The position numbers and the translations under genes are program-made. The notes beneath the pieces are model-generated. The model worked only from the letters and a program-made list of their open reading frames with translations. It searched no databases and was not told the origin of the DNA. 32,000 nt of DNA from Opitutales bacterium (GTDB lineage: Bacteria; Verrucomicrobiota; Verrucomicrobiia; Opitutales; PNEW01): NCBI GenBank assembly GCA_965219535.1, contig CBDCNV010000002.1, positions 1,980,001-2,012,000 on the forward strand, read 5' to 3'. Shown piece by piece: positions 18,736-26,932 of the stretch. Each line of letters starts with the position of its first letter. Position 1 is the stretch's first letter.

Positions 18736-19440
18736 ATGCGACACCTCAAGCATCGACATACTCTGGGCGTAACGAGTTCTCATCGCCTCGCGATGTTAGC
18801 TAATATGGCTTCATCGTTAATTGAACATGGCAGAATCAAGACGACGCTAACAAAAGCCAAAGCGTTGAGGCCCTTTATCGAAAAAATTATAACGCTCGCT
18901 AAAAAAGCACAGAGCGCCCAACCGGAACGCGCGATTTACCTGCGTAAGTTAGCTTATGCCCGTTTGCGTAATCAAATGGCAGTCAGGCTGCTCTTTAATG
19001 ATAAAGTAAATGAATTTCTTAATCGACCGGGTGGCTATTCACGCATCTATAAGCTTGGTACTCGTACTGGAGACGCCGCGGAGATGGCACTCATTGAGCT
19101 TATTCAAGCTTCAGATGAGGGATATAAAACTTCCTCACGAAAAGGAAGGACGAAAAAGAAAAAAACATCAGCGACAACAAGTGTCGCTCCCAGCACTCAA
19201 GAAAAAGAAGAACCTGTAACTAAGGAAGCAGAAGCTGAAAAACCAATCGCTGAAGAGAAGAAACCGAAGGTGACTAAGAAAAAATCGGTGACCGATAAAA
19301 AATCGGCTGTGAAAACCACGACGAAAAAATCAGCTAAAGATGACGCTAAGAGTTCTGAAGCGAAAAAAAAGAAAACTAAAACGGTAACCAAGAAAGCAAG
19401 TGTTGCTAAGAAAGCTGCACCGAAGAAAAAGAAAAGCTGA
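18736..19440 (+). CDS. rplQ: 50S ribosomal protein L17 with a long Lys-rich C-terminal tail
   Basis: The N-terminal ~123 aa (MRHLKHRHTLGVTSSHRLAMLANMASSLIEHGRIKTTLTKAK...) is L17. The remaining ~111 aa is K/A/T/S/E low complexity. Confidence 0.93.
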   Translation: MRHLKHRHTLGVTSSHRLAMLANMASSLIEHGRIKTTLTKAKALRPFIEKIITLAKKAQSAQPERAIYLRKLAYARLRNQMAVRLLFNDKVNEFLNRPGGYSRIYKLGTRTGDAAEMALIELIQASDEGYKTSSRKGRTKKKKTSATTSVAPSTQEKEEPVTKEAEAEKPIAEEKKPKVTKKKSVTDKKSAVKTTTKKSAKDDAKSSEAKKKKTKTVTKKASVAKKAAPKKKKS

Positions 19441-19467
19441 ATCTCGAACATTTATTACCATTTTCTG

Positions 19468-19501
19468 AAACGCGTTCTCTTTGGGACGCGTTAATTATTT
19501 T
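19468..19501 (+). terminator. Rho-independent terminator candidate closing the r-protein superoperon
   Basis: AACGCGTTC-tctttg-GGACGCGTT forms a 9-bp stem (one G-U pair) and is followed by AATTATTTT. It sits 28 nt after the rplQ stop. Confidence 0.5.
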
Positions 19502-19514
19502 AGACATACTCAGA

Positions 19515-19543
19515 GTAAATTAATTCAAAAGTGATTAATTTAC
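19515..19543. repeat. Perfect 10-bp inverted repeat with a 9-nt spacer (GTAAATTAAT-N9-ATTAATTTAC)
   Basis: Read directly. It lies between the rplQ terminator and the mini-ORF/guaA unit. Function is unknown; it could be an operator or a second hairpin. Confidence 0.6.
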
Positions 19544-19601
19544 CCACACTATGTTTCAAGTCTTTACAGATAGTCCCTTAACTTAAAAATAAGAAAGCAA
19601 G

Positions 19602-19835
19602 GTGTTTAGCATCGATCTTGAAGTATTTATTCTTATTTACGTGGTCGTTGGATTGGCATTTATTTTAGTCCTATGGCTTTATTATGATCGAAGAGATATT
19701 AATCTTTATGAAGCGAAGCGTACAACGGTGGTATTCCACTGTGTTAAGTGTGGGCAGCTTTACACCGCGTTAAAGGGAAATGAGGTAGCCGGATGCCCCG
19801 CTTGTGACTTCAAGAATTCACGATTGAAATTTTAA
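19602..19835 (+). CDS. Small membrane-anchored zinc-ribbon protein (hypothetical)
   Basis: 77 aa with a GTG start. One N-terminal TM helix (VFILIYVVVGLAFILVLWLYY) is followed by CVKCG-x14-CPAC. The stop is 4 nt before the guaA ATG. No homolog recognised. Confidence 0.5.
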   Translation: MFSIDLEVFILIYVVVGLAFILVLWLYYDRRDINLYEAKRTTVVFHCVKCGQLYTALKGNEVAGCPACDFKNSRLKF

Positions 19836-19839
19836 TTAG

Positions 19840-21378
19840 ATGACACAGGTAGTCGCAGTTCTCGACTTCGGATCACAATATACCCAGGTTATTGCACGGC
19901 GAATTCGAGAATGTCAGGTCTATTCACGAATTTATCCATATGATACAACCGCTGCGCAGTTAAAAAAAGACGGTGTTCAGGGAATCATCCTGTCGGGCGG
20001 GCCGAGTAGTGTTTTTGCTAAGAACGCACCCATCCCTGATAAAAAAATATTTAATATTGGCATTCCCGTGCTGGGTATATGTTACGGTATCCAGCTGATG
20101 GGATTTCTGCTTGGCGGTAAAGTTGAAAAGAGTAAACAGCGGGAGTATGGTCATGGACTCCTGGATATTAATAAAAAGGGGAGACTATTACGGGGCCTGA
20201 AAAAACAGATCCGTGTCTGGAACTCGCATGGGGATAAACTTATGCGTCCACCAGCAGGATTCAATTCGCTTGCTTCTACGGAAAATTCATCCTTTGCGAT
20301 TATCGAGGATGCGAAGAGAAATTTTTACGGTCTTCAATTTCACCCTGAAGTATATCATACCGAAGAGGGAATTAAGATTATTCAAAATTTTCTCTACCAG
20401 ATCTGTCGCTGCAGTGGAGATTGGTCCATGGCAGATTACGTTATTAGATCGATCGCAGCAATACGAGAAACGGTCGGGGATAAACGTGTCATTTTAGCGT
20501 TGAGTGGCGGTGTCGATTCCTCTGTTGCGGCGGTCCTTATTCACCGAGCTATTGGTTCCCAGTTAACTTGCGTGTTCGTCGATAACGGGCTTCTGCGCCT
20601 GAATGAACGTGAGACCGTTGAACGCATATTCAAAGAGAACTTTAATTTTGATCTTCGTGTTAAGCGATCTTCTAATCGTTTTTTGAAGCGTTTAAAGGGT
20701 ATTGTTGATCCTGAGAGAAAACGTAAAATTATTGGAAAAGTATTTATCGAAGTATTTGAAGAAGCGGTGAAATCTATGGGAGATGTAATGTTCCTCGGAC
20801 AAGGAACACTTTATCCCGATGTTATAGAAAGTATTCCGATTGATGGTAATCCTGCCGCTCTAATTAAGACACATCATAATGTTGGTGGACTACCCAAACG
20901 AATGAAACTTAAACTCCTTGAGCCCTTACGAGAATTATTTAAAGACGAAGTGCGTAAACTGGGCGAAGAACTGGGTCTACCCAGGGAAATGGTATGGCGT
21001 CAACCCTTTCCAGGTCCTGGATTAGGGGTGAGGGTTATGGGTGAGATTACTCGGGCACGTCTTGATGTTTTGCGCCAGGCCGATGCGATTCTTATCGAAG
21101 AGATGAAAAAAAGTGGATTTTATTATAAGGTATGGCAATCTTTTGCTGTTTTTTTACCTGTTCGTACCGTGGGCGTTATGGGGGATGAGCGAACGTATGA
21201 GAATGTTATAGCTCTGCGCATTGTTAATAGCATCGATGCGATGACCGCAGATTGGGCGCGCCTGCCTTATCCAGTGATTCAGACTATTTCCACCCGTATC
21301 AGCAATGAAGTTAAGGGAGTTAACCGCGTAGTCCTTGATATTAGCTCTAAACCTCCAAGCACTATTGAATGGGAGTAA
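19840..21378 (+). CDS. guaA: GMP synthase (glutamine-hydrolysing)
   Basis: 512 aa; N-terminal GATase (GICYG catalytic Cys context), PP-loop [20 protein letters not shown], and a C-terminus ending IEWE. Confidence 0.96.
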   Translation: MTQVVAVLDFGSQYTQVIARRIRECQVYSRIYPYDTTAAQLKKDGVQGIILSGGPSSVFAKNAPIPDKKIFNIGIPVLGICYGIQLMGFLLGGKVEKSKQREYGHGLLDINKKGRLLRGLKKQIRVWNSHGDKLMRPPAGFNSLASTENSSFAIIEDAKRNFYGLQFHPEVYHTEEGIKIIQNFLYQICRCSGDWSMADYVIRSIAAIRETVGDKRVILALSGGVDSSVAAVLIHRAIGSQLTCVFVDNGLLRLNERETVERIFKENFNFDLRVKRSSNRFLKRLKGIVDPERKRKIIGKVFIEVFEEAVKSMGDVMFLGQGTLYPDVIESIPIDGNPAALIKTHHNVGGLPKRMKLKLLEPLRELFKDEVRKLGEELGLPREMVWRQPFPGPGLGVRVMGEITRARLDVLRQADAILIEEMKKSGFYYKVWQSFAVFLPVRTVGVMGDERTYENVIALRIVNSIDAMTADWARLPYPVIQTISTRISNEVKGVNRVVLDISSKPPSTIEWE

Positions 21379-21458
21379 TATTTCCATTTTTGCACTTGAG
21401 CAATGGATTATAATTTTATCAGAACCAAATACCATCGCAAGGGTCTAATGGGTAATAC

Positions 21459-22217
21459 ATGATGAATGGATTTAATAAATTTAATTTTGCAACGGTTCTC
21501 TTTGTCGTTTCGAGCACAATCGGCATACCCTTGCGAGGTGAACTTACTACAGATCAAATAATAGCCAAGGCTAGAGATTATCTTGGAGGGGATACTCAGT
21601 TACGTGCCGTTGAGACAATTCAATTTCAGGGCACCTTTACGACTCATGAGGGTGAGGGAAAAGGCGAAATTCTCATTTATTTAAAAAAGCCTTTCAAACA
21701 GCGATTGGATGTCATCCGTGCGCACGATGGTATTGTCGAGACAACGGCAATAAATGATATTGATGGATGGGGTAGACGAGCCAATGAAAAGGATGCCGAT
21801 GACTGGACCATACGCATTCTTAGTATGGGTGAACTAAAGCGTATGCGCGCAAATACCTTTGATAATTTAAATTTTTACAGTGGAATCGAGCAATTGGGCG
21901 GGAGTATTATCAATAGAGGAATTGTGAATAAAGACGGGAAAAAAGCCTACTTGCTTCACTTTAAGTACGATAAATCCATTCACTACAAACGTTATTTCGA
22001 AGTTAGCACAGGTAAGCTTCTTGCCACGGTTAATGACAAAGGTATCGAGATCAAAGATATTGATGAATTAATTGTTGATGGAATCCGATTCCCACGAGAA
22101 CAGATCCGTATTGAAAATGGTAAAATGAAAGACACGTTAACTTTTACCAAGATTGTTATTAATGTCCCATTGGATGATAAAATATTCGAATTACCGTCAT
22201 TAAGGTTCGGTAAATAA
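21459..22217 (+). CDS. Secreted LolA-like / outer-membrane lipoprotein-sorting-family protein (function uncertain)
   Basis: 252 aa with an N-terminal signal peptide and no lipobox Cys. From memory, the layout resembles the LolA-like family: ...IIAKARDYLGG...IYLKKPFKQRLDV...DGW...KAYLLHFKY...IRFP...VPLDDKIFELP. Confidence 0.55.
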   Translation: MMNGFNKFNFATVLFVVSSTIGIPLRGELTTDQIIAKARDYLGGDTQLRAVETIQFQGTFTTHEGEGKGEILIYLKKPFKQRLDVIRAHDGIVETTAINDIDGWGRRANEKDADDWTIRILSMGELKRMRANTFDNLNFYSGIEQLGGSIINRGIVNKDGKKAYLLHFKYDKSIHYKRYFEVSTGKLLATVNDKGIEIKDIDELIVDGIRFPREQIRIENGKMKDTLTFTKIVINVPLDDKIFELPSLRFGK

Positions 22218-22325
22218 ATATACACTCTCCTACCATGAATGGCATAAGCCTCGATTAACTGACGACCATTCAAGTAAAAATAAGGTTTGCCCGCGTAGAG
22301 GCCAAACGATTAAACATCAAGGCCA

Positions 22326-23621
22326 ATGCGTCAGTTAAATTATAGTGCACCGGGCTTTTATCTTAAACTAGCCCGATTCTGTGAAAGGGTAAATGCGGTT
22401 CCCGATGTGAAAGGGGCAGTCGCAAAAATTCTTAGAGCGGTAAATGAACAAGGTGATAAAGCAATTATTGACTATACTGCTAAGTTTGATCGTGCGAAAT
22501 TAAAAAAGACCCAACTTAGAGTCACGAGAGACGAACTGAATTCAGCTGCCAAAACACTTAGTACGGATCAGCGTAAGGCAATTAAAAATGCGATTCACTG
22601 TGTTAAGGAATTTCACCAGAAAAGTCTTCCTAAAAACTGGAAGGGGAAAAATCCTCATGGAGGTATTGTTGGCGAAACTTACTACCCGATTAATCGTGTG
22701 GGTATATATATTCCAGGGGGCATCGTGCCTCTCGTATCGACGGTTATCATGACCACGACACTTGCGCGCCTTGCCCGGGTTCCAGAGATAGCAGTCTTTA
22801 CGCCACCTCAATCGGACGGCAATGTTAATAGTGGAGTCCTTGCAGCATTAGCGATCAATGGGATCGAGGAGGTCTATCGTATTGGCGGGGTAATGGCTGT
22901 CGGTGCGATGGCTTATGGCACTGCAACCATTCCCGCAGTGGACAAAATATATGGACCCGGTAATGCCTATGTCTTTGAAGCGAAAAAACAGGTATATGGA
23001 ATCGTAGGCTTGGATTTATTACCTGGTCCCAGTGAGCTTATGATTATTGCCGATAGTACTGCCCGCGCAGATTATATTGCCGCAGATTTGCTTGCACAGG
23101 CGGAACACGGTACCGGAATGGAAAATATATGTTTAATCACAAACAGGAAAAAATTAATTGATGAAGTGCGTGCAGAAATTAAGACCCAGTTACGAGATCT
23201 TAATCACAAAGAGTGTATTGAGACGGTGTTAAGAGATGGAACTCTATCAATTTTGGTCAACAATCTTGATCAGGCAGTTGAAATTGCAAATTACGTTGCA
23301 CCGGAACACCTTGAGCTTCATATCGGCAACAGGTATTTAAATTCATTAACAAAGAAAATTAAAAATGCTGGAGCAATATTTATAGGTGACTACACACCGA
23401 CGGTTCTGGGTGATTTTGCAGCCGGACCGAGCCACGTATTACCCACCGGGCGCACAGCACGGTTTATGAGTGGTCTCAGAGTAACTGATTTTTACCGGCG
23501 CAGTAGTATCACCCAATATTCACCAAAAAGTTTAGTAGATGCCCTTCCGGTTGTAGAAGCATTCAGTAAACTTGAGCAACTTGACGCTCATGGACGATCT
23601 ATGCAAATCCGATTTAAGTAA
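22326..23621 (+). CDS. hisD: Histidinol dehydrogenase
   Basis: 431 aa; LLAQAEHG, PEHLEL and ...GDFAAGPSHVLPTGRTARF... motifs. Confidence 0.95.
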   Translation: MRQLNYSAPGFYLKLARFCERVNAVPDVKGAVAKILRAVNEQGDKAIIDYTAKFDRAKLKKTQLRVTRDELNSAAKTLSTDQRKAIKNAIHCVKEFHQKSLPKNWKGKNPHGGIVGETYYPINRVGIYIPGGIVPLVSTVIMTTTLARLARVPEIAVFTPPQSDGNVNSGVLAALAINGIEEVYRIGGVMAVGAMAYGTATIPAVDKIYGPGNAYVFEAKKQVYGIVGLDLLPGPSELMIIADSTARADYIAADLLAQAEHGTGMENICLITNRKKLIDEVRAEIKTQLRDLNHKECIETVLRDGTLSILVNNLDQAVEIANYVAPEHLELHIGNRYLNSLTKKIKNAGAIFIGDYTPTVLGDFAAGPSHVLPTGRTARFMSGLRVTDFYRRSSITQYSPKSLVDALPVVEAFSKLEQLDAHGRSMQIRFK

Positions 23622-23707
23622 ATTGAATGCAGAGTGTTCCTATTAGGTACTTCCTTTAGGATGCTTGGTAGATTGCAGCGAATATATTTTTCTAAGAATT
23701 ACCTTTT

Positions 23708-24802
23708 ATGACTCAGTGTTCTAAAGCTTACGATTTAGCATTGGCTCACATCCGTGAGATGGAAGGGTATGTACCGGGTGATCAGCCACAGGACAGTGGA
23801 TGGGTAAAACTCAATACTAATGAGAACCCGTATCCACCGAGCCCAATGGTTGCAAAGGCAATTAGTGCTGAGCTAAATAATTTATCACTCTATCCAAATC
23901 CAGAGAGCATGCCTTTGAGAAATACGATAGCTGAGCGGTATGATTTGAATGTGGATCAGATAATTGTTGGAAATGGTTCTGATGATATACTTAATCTGCT
24001 CGTGCGCACATTTTGTGGTAAAAATGAGTTGGCGGGCACGATAATACCGAATTATACGCTCTATCCAGTACTAGCGGGAATTCAGGGGGGTAGTTTTTTC
24101 ACCATTCCCTACAATCGTGAATTTAGTCTTCCGATTGAGATTATTGCTGAATCCGCTGCCAATATATTTTTTCTCTCATCACCGAATACTCCAACCGGGG
24201 TTGCACATACGAGTAAAGATATTGCTGATCTTCTGGAACGTTTTTCCGGCATCCTGGTCGTCGACGAGGCATACGCTGACTTTGCGGAAGAAACGATGGT
24301 AGGTCTCGTGAAGCAATACCGAAATCTTGTCATTACCCGCTCTTTATCCAAATCTTTTTCACTGGCAGGTTTGCGTGTCGGCTTCGCTTTTGCGGCTCCA
24401 GAGATTATCAATCTTTTGGATCGTGTCCGCGATAGTTATAATGTTAATCGATTAAGTCAGGCTGGGGCGATGGCTGCACTCAAGGATGAATCTTATTATA
24501 AAGAGACGATCGCCAACGTAATTAAAACACGCGAATTTTGCGCTCAGGAATTAAAAAATCGCGCCTGGTTCTTTTTCCCCTCTCAGGCAAATTTTATATT
24601 TACTGAACCTGTCCATGGTGAAAAGAAAATTGGTCCAGAAGTGGCGCAATCTTTATATGAATTCCTGTACGCGCGAAAAATCCTCGTTCGTCTATTAAGC
24701 TCTAGTCCATTGACAGCCGGGTTTATACGTATAAGTATTGGCGACGAAAAACAGATGGAAATTCTTTTCGAAACAATCGATTCATGGCAGAAAATCGCAT
24801 AG
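23708..24802 (+). CDS. hisC: Histidinol-phosphate aminotransferase
   Basis: 364 aa; class-II aminotransferase with PLP-lysine context [15 protein letters not shown]; lies between hisD and hisB. Confidence 0.93.
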   Translation: MTQCSKAYDLALAHIREMEGYVPGDQPQDSGWVKLNTNENPYPPSPMVAKAISAELNNLSLYPNPESMPLRNTIAERYDLNVDQIIVGNGSDDILNLLVRTFCGKNELAGTIIPNYTLYPVLAGIQGGSFFTIPYNREFSLPIEIIAESAANIFFLSSPNTPTGVAHTSKDIADLLERFSGILVVDEAYADFAEETMVGLVKQYRNLVITRSLSKSFSLAGLRVGFAFAAPEIINLLDRVRDSYNVNRLSQAGAMAALKDESYYKETIANVIKTREFCAQELKNRAWFFFPSQANFIFTEPVHGEKKIGPEVAQSLYEFLYARKILVRLLSSSPLTAGFIRISIGDEKQMEILFETIDSWQKIA

Positions 24803-25383
24803 CTGAAATTCAGCGTGAGACAAAAGAGACACAGATCTCAATGAAATTAAACCTCGACGGTGAGGGAATTTCGACGATTGAGTCAGGCGTCCCTTTCTTT
24901 AATCATATGTTGGAATTATTCACACGGCATGGGTTATTTGATCTGGAAATAAAAGCTCAAGGTGATCTTGATGTTGATTATCATCACATCGTTGAAGATA
25001 TTGGAATCGTTCTCGGGCAAGCAGTTAAAGAAGCGGTGGGGGACAAACTGGGAATTAACCGCTATGGGTTTTTCTTGTTACCAATGGATGAAACCTTAGC
25101 ATCGGTTATCCTTGACCTTGGTGGTCGGTCGGTTCTTGTCTATCGTGCTGAGACCCAGGAACGCTTTGTTCGCGATTTCAATATAGGACTCATTAAAGAG
25201 TTCTTCCAGGCTTTTGCCAATAACGCAGGAGCTAACTTACATGTAAATCTAGAATATGGCCAGGAGCCTCATCATATCGCAGAAGCGATCTTTAAAGGGT
25301 TCGGCCGAGCGCTGGATATTGCTACTCAAATCGATTTGCGCCAAGCAGACAAATTACCCTCGACCAAGGGGAGACTGGATTGA
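24784..25383 (+). CDS. hisB: Imidazoleglycerol-phosphate dehydratase (monofunctional)
   Basis: 199 aa; [11 protein letters not shown] and [12 protein letters not shown] metal-binding motifs; overlaps hisC by 19 nt; no phosphatase domain. Confidence 0.95.
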   Translation: MAENRIAEIQRETKETQISMKLNLDGEGISTIESGVPFFNHMLELFTRHGLFDLEIKAQGDLDVDYHHIVEDIGIVLGQAVKEAVGDKLGINRYGFFLLPMDETLASVILDLGGRSVLVYRAETQERFVRDFNIGLIKEFFQAFANNAGANLHVNLEYGQEPHHIAEAIFKGFGRALDIATQIDLRQADKLPSTKGRLD

Positions 25384-25500
25384 AATAGATTTTTGAATTA
25401 GGAATTATGAATGTAGGCTAATAGAAAATGAAAAAGGTAGGAGAGATTGTTATACCTTTTAGCATTTTTACATTCTTGATTTAAATTCTTTGTTTACAAT

Positions 25501-26139
25501 ATGAGTGGAGTGAAACCAGTTTTGGTCGTCATTGACTATGGGATGGGCAATTTACGGAGCGTTGTTAAAGCTTGGGAGTATGTAGGTGCTGACGTACGAT
25601 TGGTCAATAGACCTGATGATATCGGCGACGCGCGGGGGTTGATCTTTCCCGGTCAAGGTTGTATTGTCGATTGCATGAGCATGCTTCGCCAATCGGGTTT
25701 TGATGAAACAATTACCGATTGGGTAACTGCAGATAAGCCTTTCTTCGGTATCTGTCTCGGGCTGCAAGCCCTTTTTGAATATTCGGAAGAAGGAGAGACA
25801 AAGGGGCTGGGATTGTTACCCGGGAAAGTGCTCCGTTTTCGTCTGGATCCTGAATATAAGGTTCCGCACATGGGTTGGAATGAGGTTAAATTTGTTCGCG
25901 ATCTTCCGCCTAATACCGGTCTGCAGCTGGACGGTGATCAATTTTATTTCGTCCATAGCTACCATGTTGTCCCCAGCGATTCTGCGCTAATTTGGTGCGA
26001 AACTAACTATGGGGACCCATTTGTGAGTGGTATAGCGCGGGGAAACTGTTTTGCTACCCAGTTCCATCCGGAGAAAAGCCAGGCTAAAGGATTGCAGATT
26101 TATCGTAATTTTGTCGACTGGATCAAAATTAAACACTGA
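25501..26139 (+). CDS. hisH: Imidazole glycerol phosphate synthase, glutamine amidotransferase subunit
   Basis: 212 aa; GICLGLQ catalytic Cys and FHPEKS. Confidence 0.94.
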   Translation: MSGVKPVLVVIDYGMGNLRSVVKAWEYVGADVRLVNRPDDIGDARGLIFPGQGCIVDCMSMLRQSGFDETITDWVTADKPFFGICLGLQALFEYSEEGETKGLGLLPGKVLRFRLDPEYKVPHMGWNEVKFVRDLPPNTGLQLDGDQFYFVHSYHVVPSDSALIWCETNYGDPFVSGIARGNCFATQFHPEKSQAKGLQIYRNFVDWIKIKH

Positions 26140-26169
26140 AATAGCTTTTAATAAAAGCAATTAGCTAAA

Positions 26170-26177
26170 TTTAATTT
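26170..26177. repeat. Left target-site duplication TTTAATTT
   Basis: An identical 8-mer directly abuts both IS termini (26170-26177 and 26913-26920). Confidence 0.85.
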
Positions 26178-26912
26178 GGGTCATGCCTAGAACAGAGGGT
26201 ATCTTAAGCACATATTAAGGATGTTACGATGGAGGTTTTGATGACGATGGTTAAAGCGATATTCAGTTTCTTTGAGGTGCAGTTGGAAGGTCCTACGAGA
26301 AAGACCTTTGAACTTAGCCAATCGAAGTTTAGCAAAAGCCCAAAAAGATTCAATCCCGTTAATGTGGGAGTGTCCCTGGGCAAACTCGTTGTCGTTGTGA
26401 TTGACACGGTAATGCTTCTTATAGCCCAGATCCACGAGGCCGTTGTAAGCACGCCACCCGTCAGAATAAAGCACACTGTCAAAAGTAACTCTCCCTTGGA
26501 TCACCGCATGCAGAGCGGCTCTGGAGACGTTGCGTACAACCTGGGTATAGACTTTCCCATTACGCTTGAGCAACCCGAAGACGGGCACTTTCTTGAATGC
26601 ACCCCGACCTCTTTGCCCTGGAATTCTTTTGCCTCCAAAGTAGGACTCATCCATTTCCACCGACCCCCTAAAAGGCGAGGCCTGCGCACATTGCTGCAAC
26701 AAACGCTCCCGCAACAAGCGCAAATAACGGTTGACCGTGTTACGATTCAATCCTGTCAATTGGGCTATCTTCAACGCTTCCATATCCAAGCTAAAACACT
26801 TTACTAACTGCCGAAATTTGGCCTCAGAAATTTTTGAACGATGTACATACTTATTTCTCATTTGTCTAGAATAGCTTACACATCTGATATGTGTCTATTC
26901 TAGGCATGACCC
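26178..26912 (-). mobile_element. Intact IS1595-family insertion sequence (735 bp)
   Basis: Terminal inverted repeats match at 18 of 19 positions: GGGTCATGCCTAGAACAGA at 26178-26196 against the reverse complement of 26894-26912. There is an 8-bp TSD and a single transposase ORF. The size fits the small IS1016-like members of the family. Confidence 0.85.
26187..26861 (-). CDS. IS1595-family (ISXO2-like) DDE transposase
   Basis: 224 aa; N-terminal HTH (...IAQLTGLNRNTVNRYL...) and a DDE_Tnp_IS1595-like core (EMDESYFGG..., LYSDGWRAY, HINGIESFW). Confidence 0.9.
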   Translation of the reverse strand: MRNKYVHRSKISEAKFRQLVKCFSLDMEALKIAQLTGLNRNTVNRYLRLLRERLLQQCAQASPFRGSVEMDESYFGGKRIPGQRGRGAFKKVPVFGLLKRNGKVYTQVVRNVSRAALHAVIQGRVTFDSVLYSDGWRAYNGLVDLGYKKHYRVNHNDNEFAQGHSHINGIESFWAFAKLRLAKFKGLSRRTFQLHLKETEYRFNHRHQNLHRNILNMCLRYPLF

Positions 26913-26920
26913 TTTAATTT
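26913..26920. repeat. Right target-site duplication TTTAATTT
   Basis: See the left copy. It abuts the right inverted repeat. Confidence 0.85.
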
Positions 26921-26932
26921 AAATCATTAAAA

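Noticed and set aside
19197-19451. 84-aa Phe/Leu-rich minus-strand ORF
   Set aside because: It is the antisense of the AAA/AAG-rich Lys tail of rplQ, where Lys codons read as Phe and Leu. It is a compositional artefact.
19441-19601. Possible purine riboswitch upstream of guaA, and a possible His leader or T-box upstream of hisD (22218-22325)
   Set aside because: I found no match to the conserved purine-riboswitch core, no run of His codons and no T-box specifier or antiterminator pattern. Only short, weak stems are present.
25428-25484. 18-codon hydrophobic mini-ORF ([18 protein letters not shown]) in the hisB-hisH spacer
   Set aside because: It has no His codons, so it is not a his leader peptide. 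It is very short, overlaps the hairpin, and has no supporting signal.
26229-26807. 192-aa plus-strand ORF antisense to the IS transposase
   Set aside because: Its codon triplets coincide exactly with the transposase codons on the other strand (26229-26187 = 42). Stops in this frame would therefore require TTA, CTA or TCA sense codons. That is the classic shadow frame. There is no start context or recognisable domains.
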